Source: Paracoccaceae bacterium
Lineage (GTDB): Bacteria > Pseudomonadota > Alphaproteobacteria > Rhodobacterales > Rhodobacteraceae
Direction: 5' to 3'
NCBI GenBank assembly: GCA_031371185.1
Contig: JANMJC010000234.1
Span: 1 to 26,253, forward strand
Length of the DNA stretch: 26,253 nucleotides
Shown here: piece by piece, positions 17,414 through 26,147 of the stretch
Layout of the letters: the number at the start of each line of letters is the position of its first letter
How positions within the stretch are numbered: position 1 is the stretch's first letter
Position numbers and translations under genes: made by a program
Notes under the pieces: generated by a model
Databases searched by the model: none
The model's input: only the letters and a program-made list of their open reading frames with translations
Told to the model about the DNA's origin: nothing

Positions 17414-18448
17414 TCAGAATCTGGCGGTCCACAGCCGGAACCGGCCCTGTCCGGTCATCTCGCGGATCAGGTCCCTGGACTGCATCAGGTCCAGATTGCG
17501 CTGCACCGCCGCCCGGCTGGCTCCGGTCTCGCGTTCGGCCATCGGGGCGGAAACCACCGGCCAGTCGGCAAAGACCCGCGCCAGCCGCGCCGGGGTTCGC
17601 CCGGAAAGACCGGCCAGTTGCGCCGCTGTCCGCGTCTGCCACGCCGCCACCCGGTCCAGATGCAGCAAGGCGGCCGCCGTCGCCGTCGCCGCGCCCTGCA
17701 GCCAGGACTGAAGGCGCAGATCGACCGGGCCCGAGGCGCGCAGACCCGCCCCCGCCGACAGGGCCAGCGGCACAAAGCCCGCGCCGCCGCCTGCGATGCG
17801 CGCGCCCAGAACCGCCGCCTCCAGATCGCGCGTCAGCCCGCCGGTGCCCGATGCCCGCCACAGATGAAACACCGCAGCCCCCCGCACCACCGGATGCAGG
17901 GCGCCGGACCGGGCCAGCACCGCCTCGACGCCGCGCAGGTCGGCGCCCGGCATTTCGGCCCCCCGGGAGCGACCCAGAAAGTCGGCAATCGTGGCGGCAC
18001 CTTGGCCCGGTCCTTGCGGCTGGACCAGACGCCGCACTGACCACAGCAGCGCTGAAAGGGCCAGAGATTGATCCTGAACCCCCGTCAGCCGATCCTCGGC
18101 CGCAAGGATCAGACGGTCCAGCCCGACATGTTCGCCCGCCCACCAGCCCAGATCGGCAACCTCCATCAGCGCCAGTCGCCGAAGCCCCCCCGCCGAGCCC
18201 GCCCGCAGCCGTTCGCAAAGCTGGCCAAAGCCCTGGGCCACATCCGCCAGATCCGACGCCAGGGCCCCTTGTGCCCCGCGCCATTGCGCCAGATCCCCGA
18301 AAGGCGCACCCGGACCCCGGTCTTCGCGGTCGGGTGGCAGGTCTGGCCCATCGTCCTTGCGCGCATCGCCGTCATAGGGCCCCGGACCAAAGTCCAGCGC
18401 GTTGGGGTCGTCGTCGGACCAGGGGGGCGGATCAGGAATCATCGCCAT
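17414..18448 (-). CDS. Uncharacterised protein with a C-terminal winged HTH (DUF1612/RHE_PE00001-like)
   Basis: About 344 aa with a D/P-rich disordered N-terminus. Internal RRLALMEVADLGWWAGEHV and C-terminal RAAVQRNLDLMQSRDLIREMTGQGRFRLW resemble the family's REMTGRGRFRAW end. Confidence 0.6.
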   Translation of the reverse strand: MAMIPDPPPWSDDDPNALDFGPGPYDGDARKDDGPDLPPDREDRGPGAPFGDLAQWRGAQGALASDLADVAQGFGQLCERLRAGSAGGLRRLALMEVADLGWWAGEHVGLDRLILAAEDRLTGVQDQSLALSALLWSVRRLVQPQGPGQGAATIADFLGRSRGAEMPGADLRGVEAVLARSGALHPVVRGAAVFHLWRASGTGGLTRDLEAAVLGARIAGGGAGFVPLALSAGAGLRASGPVDLRLQSWLQGAATATAAALLHLDRVAAWQTRTAAQLAGLSGRTPARLARVFADWPVVSAPMAERETGASRAAVQRNLDLMQSRDLIREMTGQGRFRLWTARF

Positions 18449-18539
18449 TTCTAGGCCGGTTCCGCGCGGGAACAAAGCCGATTGCACCCGATCCTGCCAA
18501 GCGGATCTTGGTCACTCCGCCACCCGAAGCGAATTCTTC

Positions 18540-18589
18540 TTTCCTGAAAGGAAATTTTTTTGACAGGGATACGGAAGGCTGACTATCCT
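18540..18589 (+). promoter_or_regulatory. tmm promoter: palindromic operator plus sigma70-like -35/-10
   Basis: TTTCCT-GAA-AGGAAA (18540-18554), a 5-bp spacer, TTGACA (18560-18565), an 18-bp spacer, then TATCCT (18584-18589). Confidence 0.55.
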
Positions 18590-18640
18590 GCCCGGCGGAC
18601 GGGGCCGCACGCCACCCGGAAATCTGACAGGGAGAATGCC

Positions 18641-19984
18641 ATGACGAAACGGATCGCGGTGATTGGGGCGGGGCCGTCGGGGCTGGCCGTCTTGCGGGCC
18701 TTTCAATCCGCGAAACAGAATGGAGCCGAGATTCCCGAAGTGGTCTGTTTTGAAAAGCAAAGCAACTGGGGGGGCCTGTGGAACTATACCTGGCGCACCG
18801 GACTGGACGAACACGGAGAGCCGGTTCACGGTTCGATGTACCGCTACCTGTGGTCGAACGGACCAAAGGAAGGCCTTGAATTCGCGGACTATTCCTTTGA
18901 AGAGCATTTTGGCAAGCAGATCGGCAGCTATCCCCCGCGCGCCGTGTTGTTCGACTATATCGAAGGCCGGGTGAGAAAGGCGGGGGTGCGCGACTGGATC
19001 CGGTTTTCCACCACCATCCGCATGGTGCGCCATGATCAGGCGGCCGGAAAATTCACCGTCACCGTGCATGACCTGAAAAAGGACAGCATGTATGACGAGG
19101 TTTTCGACAATGTGATCGTTGCCTCGGGCCATTTTTCGGTGCCCAACGTGCCCGAATACCCCGGCTTCGACAGGTTCAACGGCCGCGTCCTGCACGCCCA
19201 TGATTTCCGCGACGCGCGTGAGTTTACCGGCAAGGACCTCTTGCTGCTCGGCTCGTCCTATTCGGCCGAGGACGTGGGCTCGCAGTGCTGGAAATATGGC
19301 GCCAGGTCGATCACCGTGGCCTTCCGCAACGCGCCGATGGGCTTTGACTGGCCTGAAAACTGGAAGGAAGTGCCCAGGCTGGAGCGGGTGGACGAGGACA
19401 CCGCCTATTTCGCCGATGGCACGTCAAAACGTGTGGATGCGATCATCCTGTGCACCGGCTACAAGCACCACTTCCCCTATCTGCCCGATGATCTGCGCCT
19501 GAAAACCGCCAACCGGCTTGCGGCCGCTGACCTCTACAAGGGGGTCGCCTATGTCCATAATCCGGCGCTGTTCTATATCGGTATGCAGGACCAGTGGTTT
19601 ACCTTCAACATGTTCGACGCCCAGGCCTGGTGGGTGCGCGACGTGATCCTGGGCCGGATCGCGATTCCCGCCGACAAGGCGGCGCTTGTGAGGGACGTCA
19701 TCGACCGCGTGGCGGCCGAGGATGCCGGCAAGGACGCCCATGACGCCATTCACTATCAGGGCGACTATGTGAAGGAACTGATCGCGGAAACCGACTATCC
19801 CAGCTTTGACGTCGATGGCGCCTGCGAGGCCTTCTTTGAATGGAAGCACCACAAGGGCGATGGGATCATGACCTTCCGCGACCATGCTTACCGCTCGGTC
19901 ATCACTGGCACCATGGCGCCGACGCACCACACGCCGTGGCGGGATGCGCTGGAGGATTCGATGGAAAGCTACCTGCGCAACTGA
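18641..19984 (+). CDS. tmm: Trimethylamine monooxygenase (bacterial flavin-containing monooxygenase)
   Basis: 447 aa with GAGPSG (FAD), [14 protein letters not shown]...[16 protein letters not shown] motif [11 protein letters not shown] and GSSYSAED (NADPH). RBS GGGAGA; adjacent to dmm genes. Confidence 0.9.
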   Translation: MTKRIAVIGAGPSGLAVLRAFQSAKQNGAEIPEVVCFEKQSNWGGLWNYTWRTGLDEHGEPVHGSMYRYLWSNGPKEGLEFADYSFEEHFGKQIGSYPPRAVLFDYIEGRVRKAGVRDWIRFSTTIRMVRHDQAAGKFTVTVHDLKKDSMYDEVFDNVIVASGHFSVPNVPEYPGFDRFNGRVLHAHDFRDAREFTGKDLLLLGSSYSAEDVGSQCWKYGARSITVAFRNAPMGFDWPENWKEVPRLERVDEDTAYFADGTSKRVDAIILCTGYKHHFPYLPDDLRLKTANRLAAADLYKGVAYVHNPALFYIGMQDQWFTFNMFDAQAWWVRDVILGRIAIPADKAALVRDVIDRVAAEDAGKDAHDAIHYQGDYVKELIAETDYPSFDVDGACEAFFEWKHHKGDGIMTFRDHAYRSVITGTMAPTHHTPWRDALEDSMESYLRN

Positions 19985-19989
19985 CCAGC

Positions 19990-20014
19990 GCCCTCGCGGC
20001 GCAAGAGGGCCTTT
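19990..20014 (+). terminator. Possible terminator after tmm
   Basis: GCCCTC...GAGGGC stem followed by CTTT. A second weak hairpin follows. Confidence 0.3.
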
Positions 20015-20187
20015 CAACCCCGGGGCGGTTTTTTCTGCCGACCCCGGGCAATGCCCGGCAAACCGCCCAACTACAGGAAACAAATTTTCGCAAAGTTAAA
20101 AATACTCTCGCCAGATCGCGATTGTCGTGCAAAGTTTGCGACATGACGCCGCAGAGCGTCGAGCGAAAAACAACGGGAGCAAGGGAA

Positions 20188-21951
20188 ATGAGTGACCAAA
20201 CAAGCTCGGGCCGGATGGTTCGTGCACTGGATTGGAAGGGCGCCTTCTGGGTCGCGGCCGGTGTGCCGCCGCTGGTGCTGTTCTCGATCGGCGGGATTGC
20301 GGGAACCACCGGAAAGCTGGCCTTTGTGGTCTGGATCATCTCGATGATCATGGGCTTTCTGCAAAGCTTCACCTATGCCGAAATGGCCGGCATGTTCGGC
20401 AACAAGTCGGGCGGCACCTCGGTTTACGGGGCAACCGCCTGGCTGCGCTATTCCAAGTTGATCGCGCCCCTGTCGGTCTGGTGCAACTGGTTCGCCTGGT
20501 CGCCGGTGCTGTCCCTGGGCTGTGCGATTGCGGCAGGCTACATCCTGAACGCGCTGTTCCCGATCCCCCTGGCCGAAAGCGCGCAAGTGGTTGACTGGAT
20601 CACCGCCAATCTTGCCAGCTACACGGCCGAAACCCAAAGCGTGATCGACTATATGGCCGCCAATGCAGGCACCGCCCTGCCCGACGCCATCACCGCCGTC
20701 GCCACTGCCGACGGTGTTTCCGCCCTGACCCCGTGGTTCCGCTTGTTCGAGGCGGCAAGCCTGAACATCCCGGGGCTGGGCGTCCTGCACTTCAATTCGA
20801 CCTTCATCATCGGCGTTCTGCTGATGCTGCTGATCCTGACCATCCAGCACCGCGGCATCGCGTCCACCGCCAAAGCGCAGAAGTGGCTGGCCATCATCGT
20901 TCTGGTGCCCTTGCTGCTGGTCGGTCTGGTGCCGATCTTTACCGGTGCCATCAACACGATGAACGTCACCAACCTTTTGCCGCCCACCGCCGCCTACTCG
21001 GGCGTTGACGGCACCTGGGACATCGGCGGCTGGACGCTTTTTCTGGGCGGTCTGTATATCGCGGCCTGGTCGACCTACGGCTTCGAGACCGCCGTCTGCT
21101 ATACCTCGGAACTGAAAGACCCCAAGCGCGACACCTTCCGCGCCATCTTCTATTCGGGCCTGCGGTGCTGCGTGTTCTTTTTCATCATCCCGTTCAGCTT
21201 TCAGGGCGTTCTGGGGACAGAGGGAATGTTGGCCACCGGCATCGTTGACGGCACCGGCGTGGGCGAGGCCCTGGGCAACATGGTGGGGGGCGGCGCTGTC
21301 GTGACCCAGATTTTCGTGATCCTGATGATCGCGGCCCTGTTCATGGCGATCATGACCGCCATGGCCGGATCGTCTCGCACGCTCTACCAGGGCTCACGCG
21401 ATGGCTGGTTGCCGAAATATCTAAGCGCGGTCAACGAAAAGGGCGTGCCGTCCAAGGCGATGTGGACCGACTTTGCCTTCAACGTGTTCCTGCTGGCGTT
21501 GGCCTCGGATGTGGGAGGATATTTCTATGTCCTTGCCATCTCGAACGTCGGCTACATCCTGTTCAACTTCCTGAACCTGAACGCCGGCTGGATCCACCGC
21601 ATCGATTCGGGTCACATTGAACGCCCGTGGAAGGCGCCCAACTGGCTGATCGGGGTCAACACGATCCTGGCCTTTGTGAACGCGCTGTTTCTGGGGGCCG
21701 GGGCGAAGGTCTGGGGCTATTCCAACGCTTTGTGGTCGGGGCTGTTCTTTGCCGCGCTGATCATTCCGGTGTTCTGGTATCGCCACTACATGCAGGACGG
21801 CGGCAAGTTCCCGAAAGAGGCCTATGACGATCTGGGCCTGAAAGAGGGCGATCCGGGCGAGCGCAAGGCGGGCATGCTGCCCTATCTGACGCTGGTCGCG
21901 GGGGCGGCGCTGGTCTTGTGGGCCAACTGGTTCTTTGTCCTGCCGGGGTGA
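20188..21951 (+). CDS. APC-superfamily permease, probable methylated-amine/TMAO permease (TmoP-like)
   Basis: 587-aa multi-TM protein with AAGVPPLVLFSIGG, YAEMAGMF, AAWSTYGFETAVCYTSE and IERPWKAP. RBS AGGGA. Substrate is inferred from its position between tmm and dmm. Confidence 0.85.
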   Translation: MSDQTSSGRMVRALDWKGAFWVAAGVPPLVLFSIGGIAGTTGKLAFVVWIISMIMGFLQSFTYAEMAGMFGNKSGGTSVYGATAWLRYSKLIAPLSVWCNWFAWSPVLSLGCAIAAGYILNALFPIPLAESAQVVDWITANLASYTAETQSVIDYMAANAGTALPDAITAVATADGVSALTPWFRLFEAASLNIPGLGVLHFNSTFIIGVLLMLLILTIQHRGIASTAKAQKWLAIIVLVPLLLVGLVPIFTGAINTMNVTNLLPPTAAYSGVDGTWDIGGWTLFLGGLYIAAWSTYGFETAVCYTSELKDPKRDTFRAIFYSGLRCCVFFFIIPFSFQGVLGTEGMLATGIVDGTGVGEALGNMVGGGAVVTQIFVILMIAALFMAIMTAMAGSSRTLYQGSRDGWLPKYLSAVNEKGVPSKAMWTDFAFNVFLLALASDVGGYFYVLAISNVGYILFNFLNLNAGWIHRIDSGHIERPWKAPNWLIGVNTILAFVNALFLGAGAKVWGYSNALWSGLFFAALIIPVFWYRHYMQDGGKFPKEAYDDLGLKEGDPGERKAGMLPYLTLVAGAALVLWANWFFVLPG

Positions 21952-21964
21952 AGTAAAGTCTCTT

Positions 21965-21992
21965 GCCAAATTTGATTTAAATCGAATTTGGC
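21965..21992. repeat. 28-bp near-perfect AT-rich palindrome
   Basis: GCCAAATTTGATTTAAATCGAATTTGGC: 13 of 14 pairs are complementary and the other is G-T. Confidence 0.8.
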
Positions 21993-22054
21993 CGCGCCTG
22001 CCTGCCCTCGGGCAGGCGCGATTCCGCGCCCACCCCAGTCAGGCGCGGCCAAAT
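21986..22054. repeat. 15-bp perfect inverted repeat enclosing a nested hairpin
   Basis: ATTTGGCCGCGCCTG (21986-22000) / CAGGCGCGGCCAAAT (22040-22054), with an inner CCTGCC-CTCG-GGCAGG hairpin at 22001-22016. Confidence 0.8.
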
Positions 22055-22084
22055 CCCGGAACCGTGGGGCCTGCTGATAGCCCC

Positions 22085-22148
22085 TTGCCCAAACGGCGTC
22101 CCGCCTATTGGGCAACGAAACGTAAAAACTCTCACCCAGAGAGTTTTT
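22085..22148. repeat. Two further hairpins upstream of dmmD
   Basis: TTGCCCAA...TTGGGCAA (22085-22115) and AAAAACTCTC-ACCCA-GAGAGTTTTT (22124-22148). Confidence 0.7.
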
Positions 22149-22184
22149 GTGCGTTTCGAAAAAGTACGATCCTTCAATGTCGTG

Positions 22185-22210
22185 TTCCCTGCCAAGAAAA
22201 ATTCTTGCAC
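22185..22210 (+). promoter_or_regulatory. Second copy of the tmm-type operator next to a -35-like hexamer
   Basis: TTCCCT-GCC-AAGAAA (22185-22199), a 5-bp spacer, then TTGCAC (22205-22210). The spacing matches the tmm promoter. Confidence 0.45.
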
Positions 22211-22280
22211 TTCATTATTGCTTTCTGGCGACAACCCTTCCAGACTTGGCGAAAATCACCACTGTTCAGGGAATCCTCCA

Positions 22281-23420
22281 ATGACCAATTCCTGGCGTTT
22301 TTCCAGCCTGATCGACCGTCACCGCGCCCTTGGGTCCGACCTTGAGGATTGGAGCGGCATGGGCACCGCATGGTCCTATTCCAAAGGCGATCCGGATGCG
22401 GAATACATGGCGATCCGCACCAGGGCCGGGCTGATGGATGTCTCGGGGTTGAAAAAGGTGCATGTCACCGGCCCTGCGGCCAGCCATGTCATCGAACGCG
22501 CCACGACGCGGAACATGGAAAAGCTGATGCCGGGCCGCGCGGTCTATGCCTGCATGCTGAACGATGCGGGCAAGTTCATCGACGACTGCGTGATCTACCG
22601 CTTCGGGCCGAACGCTTTCACCGTGGTCCATGGCTCTGGCGGCGCGCATGAACAACTGACCATGGCCGCCACGGGGCGCGACGTGTCGGTGCGCTTTGAC
22701 GACAACCTGCACGATCTGTCGCTGCAGGGCCCGCTGGCGGTGGACTATCTGGAAAAGCACATCCCCGGCCTGCGCTCACTGGCCTATTTCAGCCACATGC
22801 CGACCAGCCTTTTCGGCAAGCCGATCACCCTGTCGCGCACCGGCTACACCGGCGAGCGCGGCTATGAGATCTTCTGCCGGGGCCAGGACGCCGGGATGAT
22901 CTGGGACCGCATCCTGGAAGAAGGCGCTGCGATGGGCATCCTCCCCTGCCGGTTCACAACCTTGGACATGCTGCGCACCGAAAGCTATCTGCTGTTCTTC
23001 CCCTTCGACAATTCCGAGATGTATCCCTTTGAAAATGAGGGGCCCGGTGACACGCTGTGGGAGCTGGGGCTTGATTTCACCGTCTCGCCCGGCAAGACCG
23101 GTTTTCGCGGTGCCGAAGAGCATGCCCGCCTGAAAGGCCGCGAGCGGTTCAAGATATGGGGCCTGAAGATGGAAGGCACCAAGGTGCCGGGCAACGGTGC
23201 GCCGGTGTTCCGCGACGGCAAGAAGGTGGGTCTTGTGACCCAGGCCATGTATTCGCCGCTGAACAAGCACAACATCGCCATCGCGCGCCTGCCGGTCGAT
23301 TGCGCCAACGACGGCACCGCGTTGGAAGTGCGTTGCGGCACCCATGGCCCGATCAAGGCCACCACGCATTCGATGCCCTTCTTCGATGTCGAAAAGAAGC
23401 GGCGGACGGCGAAGGACTGA
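22281..23420 (+). CDS. dmmD: GcvT-like aminomethyltransferase, THF-binding subunit associated with dimethylamine monooxygenase
   Basis: 379 aa with AIRTRAGLMDVSGLKK, GKFIDD, LSLQGP and SRTGYTGERGYEIF. Directly upstream of dmmABC and with no DUF1989 domain. Confidence 0.8.
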   Translation: MTNSWRFSSLIDRHRALGSDLEDWSGMGTAWSYSKGDPDAEYMAIRTRAGLMDVSGLKKVHVTGPAASHVIERATTRNMEKLMPGRAVYACMLNDAGKFIDDCVIYRFGPNAFTVVHGSGGAHEQLTMAATGRDVSVRFDDNLHDLSLQGPLAVDYLEKHIPGLRSLAYFSHMPTSLFGKPITLSRTGYTGERGYEIFCRGQDAGMIWDRILEEGAAMGILPCRFTTLDMLRTESYLLFFPFDNSEMYPFENEGPGDTLWELGLDFTVSPGKTGFRGAEEHARLKGRERFKIWGLKMEGTKVPGNGAPVFRDGKKVGLVTQAMYSPLNKHNIAIARLPVDCANDGTALEVRCGTHGPIKATTHSMPFFDVEKKRRTAKD

Positions 23421-23490
23421 CAGGCCGCGCCGGGGGACAGCGCGCGGGTGGATATTTTTAGACAGATGAATGGGCAAGGTGCGGCGCTGA

Positions 23491-24108
23491 ATGACAAAGA
23501 CCGAGTTTCCCCCGTCAATCAAAAGCCGCCCGGTCTACAGCGTGCTGGAGCCGCGCCCGGGCGCGCGTCATCTGGTCGTGGCTGATGGCGAGGGGGCGGA
23601 GGCGGTTGCGGACCTTGTCGCCAGGGCCCCCGACCGGGCCGGGATGCTGCAAGCGCTGCACATTCTCTATACGCCCGGCCCGAATGGCACCGACCAGTTC
23701 GGCGTTCTTCAGGCCCTGGGCGCGTCACAGGTCTTTCGCGCGCCCACAATCCCGACGCTGTTGCCGCGCCTGATCCGGGTTCTGGCCGACGCCCGCATGG
23801 GTACGCAGTTCTATCTGGCGGGCACCGAGGGCCTTGTCGGGCAGGCCGAGCGCAACATCATGGCCACCGGGTTTCCCTTTGCCGACATCCAGAAGGAGCA
23901 TCGCGGTTCAACGGTTCGCCGCGTGCAATGCGTTCATTGCAAGGGCATCACCGAAAACGTCGCGATCGATCCCTTCCCATGCAGTCATTGCGGGCTGCAT
24001 CTGTTCGTGCGCGATCATTACTCGCGCCGGTTGGCGGCCTTTCAGGGCGTGAACATCGACGCCGAAGACCCGGGTCAGGTGCCTGCCCCGGTGGCGAGGT
24101 TCACATGA
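23491..24108 (+). CDS. dmmA: Dimethylamine monooxygenase subunit DmmA
   Basis: 205 aa starting SIKSRPVY, with C-terminal RRVQCVHCK...CSHCGLHLFVRDHYSRRLAAFQGV (two CxxC motifs). Confidence 0.85.
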   Translation: MTKTEFPPSIKSRPVYSVLEPRPGARHLVVADGEGAEAVADLVARAPDRAGMLQALHILYTPGPNGTDQFGVLQALGASQVFRAPTIPTLLPRLIRVLADARMGTQFYLAGTEGLVGQAERNIMATGFPFADIQKEHRGSTVRRVQCVHCKGITENVAIDPFPCSHCGLHLFVRDHYSRRLAAFQGVNIDAEDPGQVPAPVARFT

Positions 24109-25067
24109 GCGGAGGTGCCAAACTGCGGGTGCGGGTGGCCGAAGTGGTGCCGGTCAACGATCTGATCAAGCGGTTCCGTTTCGAGCGGACCGATGGTGGC
24201 GCGATGCCCGCGTTTTCCGGCGGCGCCCATACGGTCGTCGAGATGGACGACCACGGCACCCGCCGCCTGAACCCCTATTCGCTGATGTCCGACCCAAGGG
24301 ACCTTTCCGGCTATGAAATCTCGGTGCGTCGCGACGATGCGGGGCGGGGGGGGTCGTTGTTCCTGCACCACCATGTGCAGCCGGGAATGCAGATGGAAAT
24401 CAGCTATCCGGTGAACCTGTTTCCGCTGGACAGCCGTGCGCGCAAACATCTGCTGATCGCGGGGGGCATCGGCATCACGCCCTTCCTGGCCCAGATCGCC
24501 CAGCTTGGCCATTTCGGAGGCCGGTTCGAACTGCATTATGCCGCCCGAAACGCCGCTTTGGGGGCCTATATGGACCGCCTGACCGCCGCCCATCCCGCCC
24601 ATGTGACGTGCTATTTCGATGACGAAAAACAGGCGATCGACCTGGCCCGCGTGTTGTCGATGCAGCCCCTGGGCACGCATCTGTATGTCTGCGGCCCCAA
24701 GGGCATGATCAACTGGGCTCTGACCACGGCGGCCAAGATGGGCTGGCCGGCCCATGCCCTGCACCACGAGGAATTTCTGGCCCCCGGCACCGGCCTGCCC
24801 TTTACCGCGCATCTGGCCGCCTCGGGCAAGACCGTGACCGTCGGCACCAGCCAGTCCCTGCTGGAGGCGATGGAGGCGGCGGGCGTGGACGCCCCCTATC
24901 TGTGCCGGGGCGGCGCCTGCGGCCAGTGCGAGACGAATGTGCTGCGCTGCGACGGCCAGATCCTGCACCGCGACCACTGGCTGACCCCTGAAGACCACGC
25001 GGCCGGGCAAAAGATCATGCCCTGTGTCTCGCGGTTCGAGGGCACCACCCTGATCCTTGACCGATAG
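24105..25067 (+). CDS. dmmB: PDR/VanB-type flavin + [2Fe-2S] reductase, dimethylamine monooxygenase subunit
   Basis: 320 aa with NPYSL, AGGIGITPF, YVCGP and CRGGACGQC...C. ATGA overlap with dmmA. Confidence 0.85.
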   Translation: MSGGAKLRVRVAEVVPVNDLIKRFRFERTDGGAMPAFSGGAHTVVEMDDHGTRRLNPYSLMSDPRDLSGYEISVRRDDAGRGGSLFLHHHVQPGMQMEISYPVNLFPLDSRARKHLLIAGGIGITPFLAQIAQLGHFGGRFELHYAARNAALGAYMDRLTAAHPAHVTCYFDDEKQAIDLARVLSMQPLGTHLYVCGPKGMINWALTTAAKMGWPAHALHHEEFLAPGTGLPFTAHLAASGKTVTVGTSQSLLEAMEAAGVDAPYLCRGGACGQCETNVLRCDGQILHRDHWLTPEDHAAGQKIMPCVSRFEGTTLILDR

Positions 25068-25075
25068 GAGCCGCC

Positions 25076-26146
25076 ATGAGCCTTGACTTCAAACCCGGCG
25101 CCGACAAGGACTTTTTCCACGACGAAACCTTTCGGGGCGATTTCACCTACCGGAATTCGCCCGAGGGGATCCGCCGCTTTCCCTTTCCCTTTGACCGCGA
25201 CGATTACATGTATTCGGTCAACATGGAGCCGCATGTGCCGGGCCGCAAAGGGTCGGTCTTTGAACATGCCTTTGATGTCGATGAACATTACGTCGCCGAG
25301 ATGATCGACCGGGCAAAGGTGCTGGCCGACGACCCCCTGCGTTGCCAATCGCTGCCCCATATGACGCTGGCTGGCTGGGACCTTCTGGAACTGATCATGG
25401 AGGCGCAGGCCCGCGACTATCCCCAGTGGTTTGCGCTGACCCGGCAGGGCGACCGCTGGCACTGGGTCAATCGCCCGCTTGGGATTGATCAGCACTTCAC
25501 CTTTCTGGACGAAAGCACGCTGCCCTGCGGCCCGTTCGAATACATCACCCGCCAGACCCAGGGCGACTTTTCGTTGCAGGACGAACGCGACAACGACCTG
25601 TGGATGGATGCGGGCATGATCACCAGCCAGGCCGATTGGTCGCTGGATTTCGACATCGGGATGAGCTTCATGGAATGGCACGCCCCGGTGCCCTTGGCCC
25701 ATGAAAAAGGCATCTTCGACCGGGCATTGAAGTTCTTGCTGAAGCTGCAGCACGGCGCGCCGGTGCGGCGCTATAACTGGACCATGACGGTCAACCCGCT
25801 GCTGGATACAGCACCCGAGACCTATCCCGAATGGGGGCCGAGCAAGGCGTCGCTGACGCCCGAAAACCTGGGCTTCAAACAGCATCTGCGCGTGGAATTG
25901 CAGGCGCTGTTCCGCCTGCCCCGGTCCAACGCCATCGCCTTTTCGATCCGCTGCTATCTGGGCCGGTTCGAAGACCTGGTCACCGTGCCGAAATGGGGCC
26001 GTCGCCTGCACCGGGTGGTGCGCGATCTGCATCCCGATCTGGCCGCCTACAAGGGCTTTGCCCGCAACCGCGCGGCCATGGTGGCCTGGCTGTCGGCCCA
26101 TGACGACGGCCTGCCCACCTCGCCGGGCTGGTGGCCCGAGGATTAG
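25076..26146 (+). CDS. dmmC: Heme-dependent oxidative N-demethylase alpha subunit (DUF3445)
   Basis: 356 aa with FPFPF...YMYSVN, QTQGDF, DWSLDFDIGMSFMEWHAPVP, RYNW, LRVELQ and LFRLPRSNAIAFSIR. RBS AGGAG. Confidence 0.87.
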   Translation: MSLDFKPGADKDFFHDETFRGDFTYRNSPEGIRRFPFPFDRDDYMYSVNMEPHVPGRKGSVFEHAFDVDEHYVAEMIDRAKVLADDPLRCQSLPHMTLAGWDLLELIMEAQARDYPQWFALTRQGDRWHWVNRPLGIDQHFTFLDESTLPCGPFEYITRQTQGDFSLQDERDNDLWMDAGMITSQADWSLDFDIGMSFMEWHAPVPLAHEKGIFDRALKFLLKLQHGAPVRRYNWTMTVNPLLDTAPETYPEWGPSKASLTPENLGFKQHLRVELQALFRLPRSNAIAFSIRCYLGRFEDLVTVPKWGRRLHRVVRDLHPDLAAYKGFARNRAAMVAWLSAHDDGLPTSPGWWPED

Positions 26147-26147
26147 C

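Noticed and set aside
17135-18582. Several overlapping long Pro/Arg/Gly-rich ORFs (17135..18040, 17256..18284, 17290..18582)
   Set aside because: These are alternative frames of the very GC-rich DUF1612-like gene. Only 17414..18448 has a protein-like composition and a family-like C-terminus.
20088-20140. GCAAAGTT direct repeat and GCAAA-G-TTTGC palindrome upstream of the permease
   Set aside because: Short and compatible with chance in an AT-rich promoter. No copies were noticed at the other promoters.
19840-20187. Long N-terminal extensions given by the ORF caller (also for the SBP, ATPase, LacI, IclR, Tmm, DmmD, DmmB and the lactonase)
   Set aside because: The extensions overlap upstream genes or promoters, and downstream ATGs have clear RBSs or stop-start coupling.
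22060-22120. ZTP or glycine riboswitch upstream of the folate-dependent gene
   Set aside because: The TTGCCC...GGGCAA stem only superficially resembles the ZTP 3' hairpin. The 5' GACUGGCG-type aptamer part and the glycine-aptamer GGAGA/GAAGG elements are absent.
22281-23420. GcvT-like gene as glycine cleavage T protein or as Tdm
   Set aside because: There are no gcvH/gcvP neighbours. At 379 aa with no DUF1989 domain it is too short for Tdm, and its position fits dmmD.
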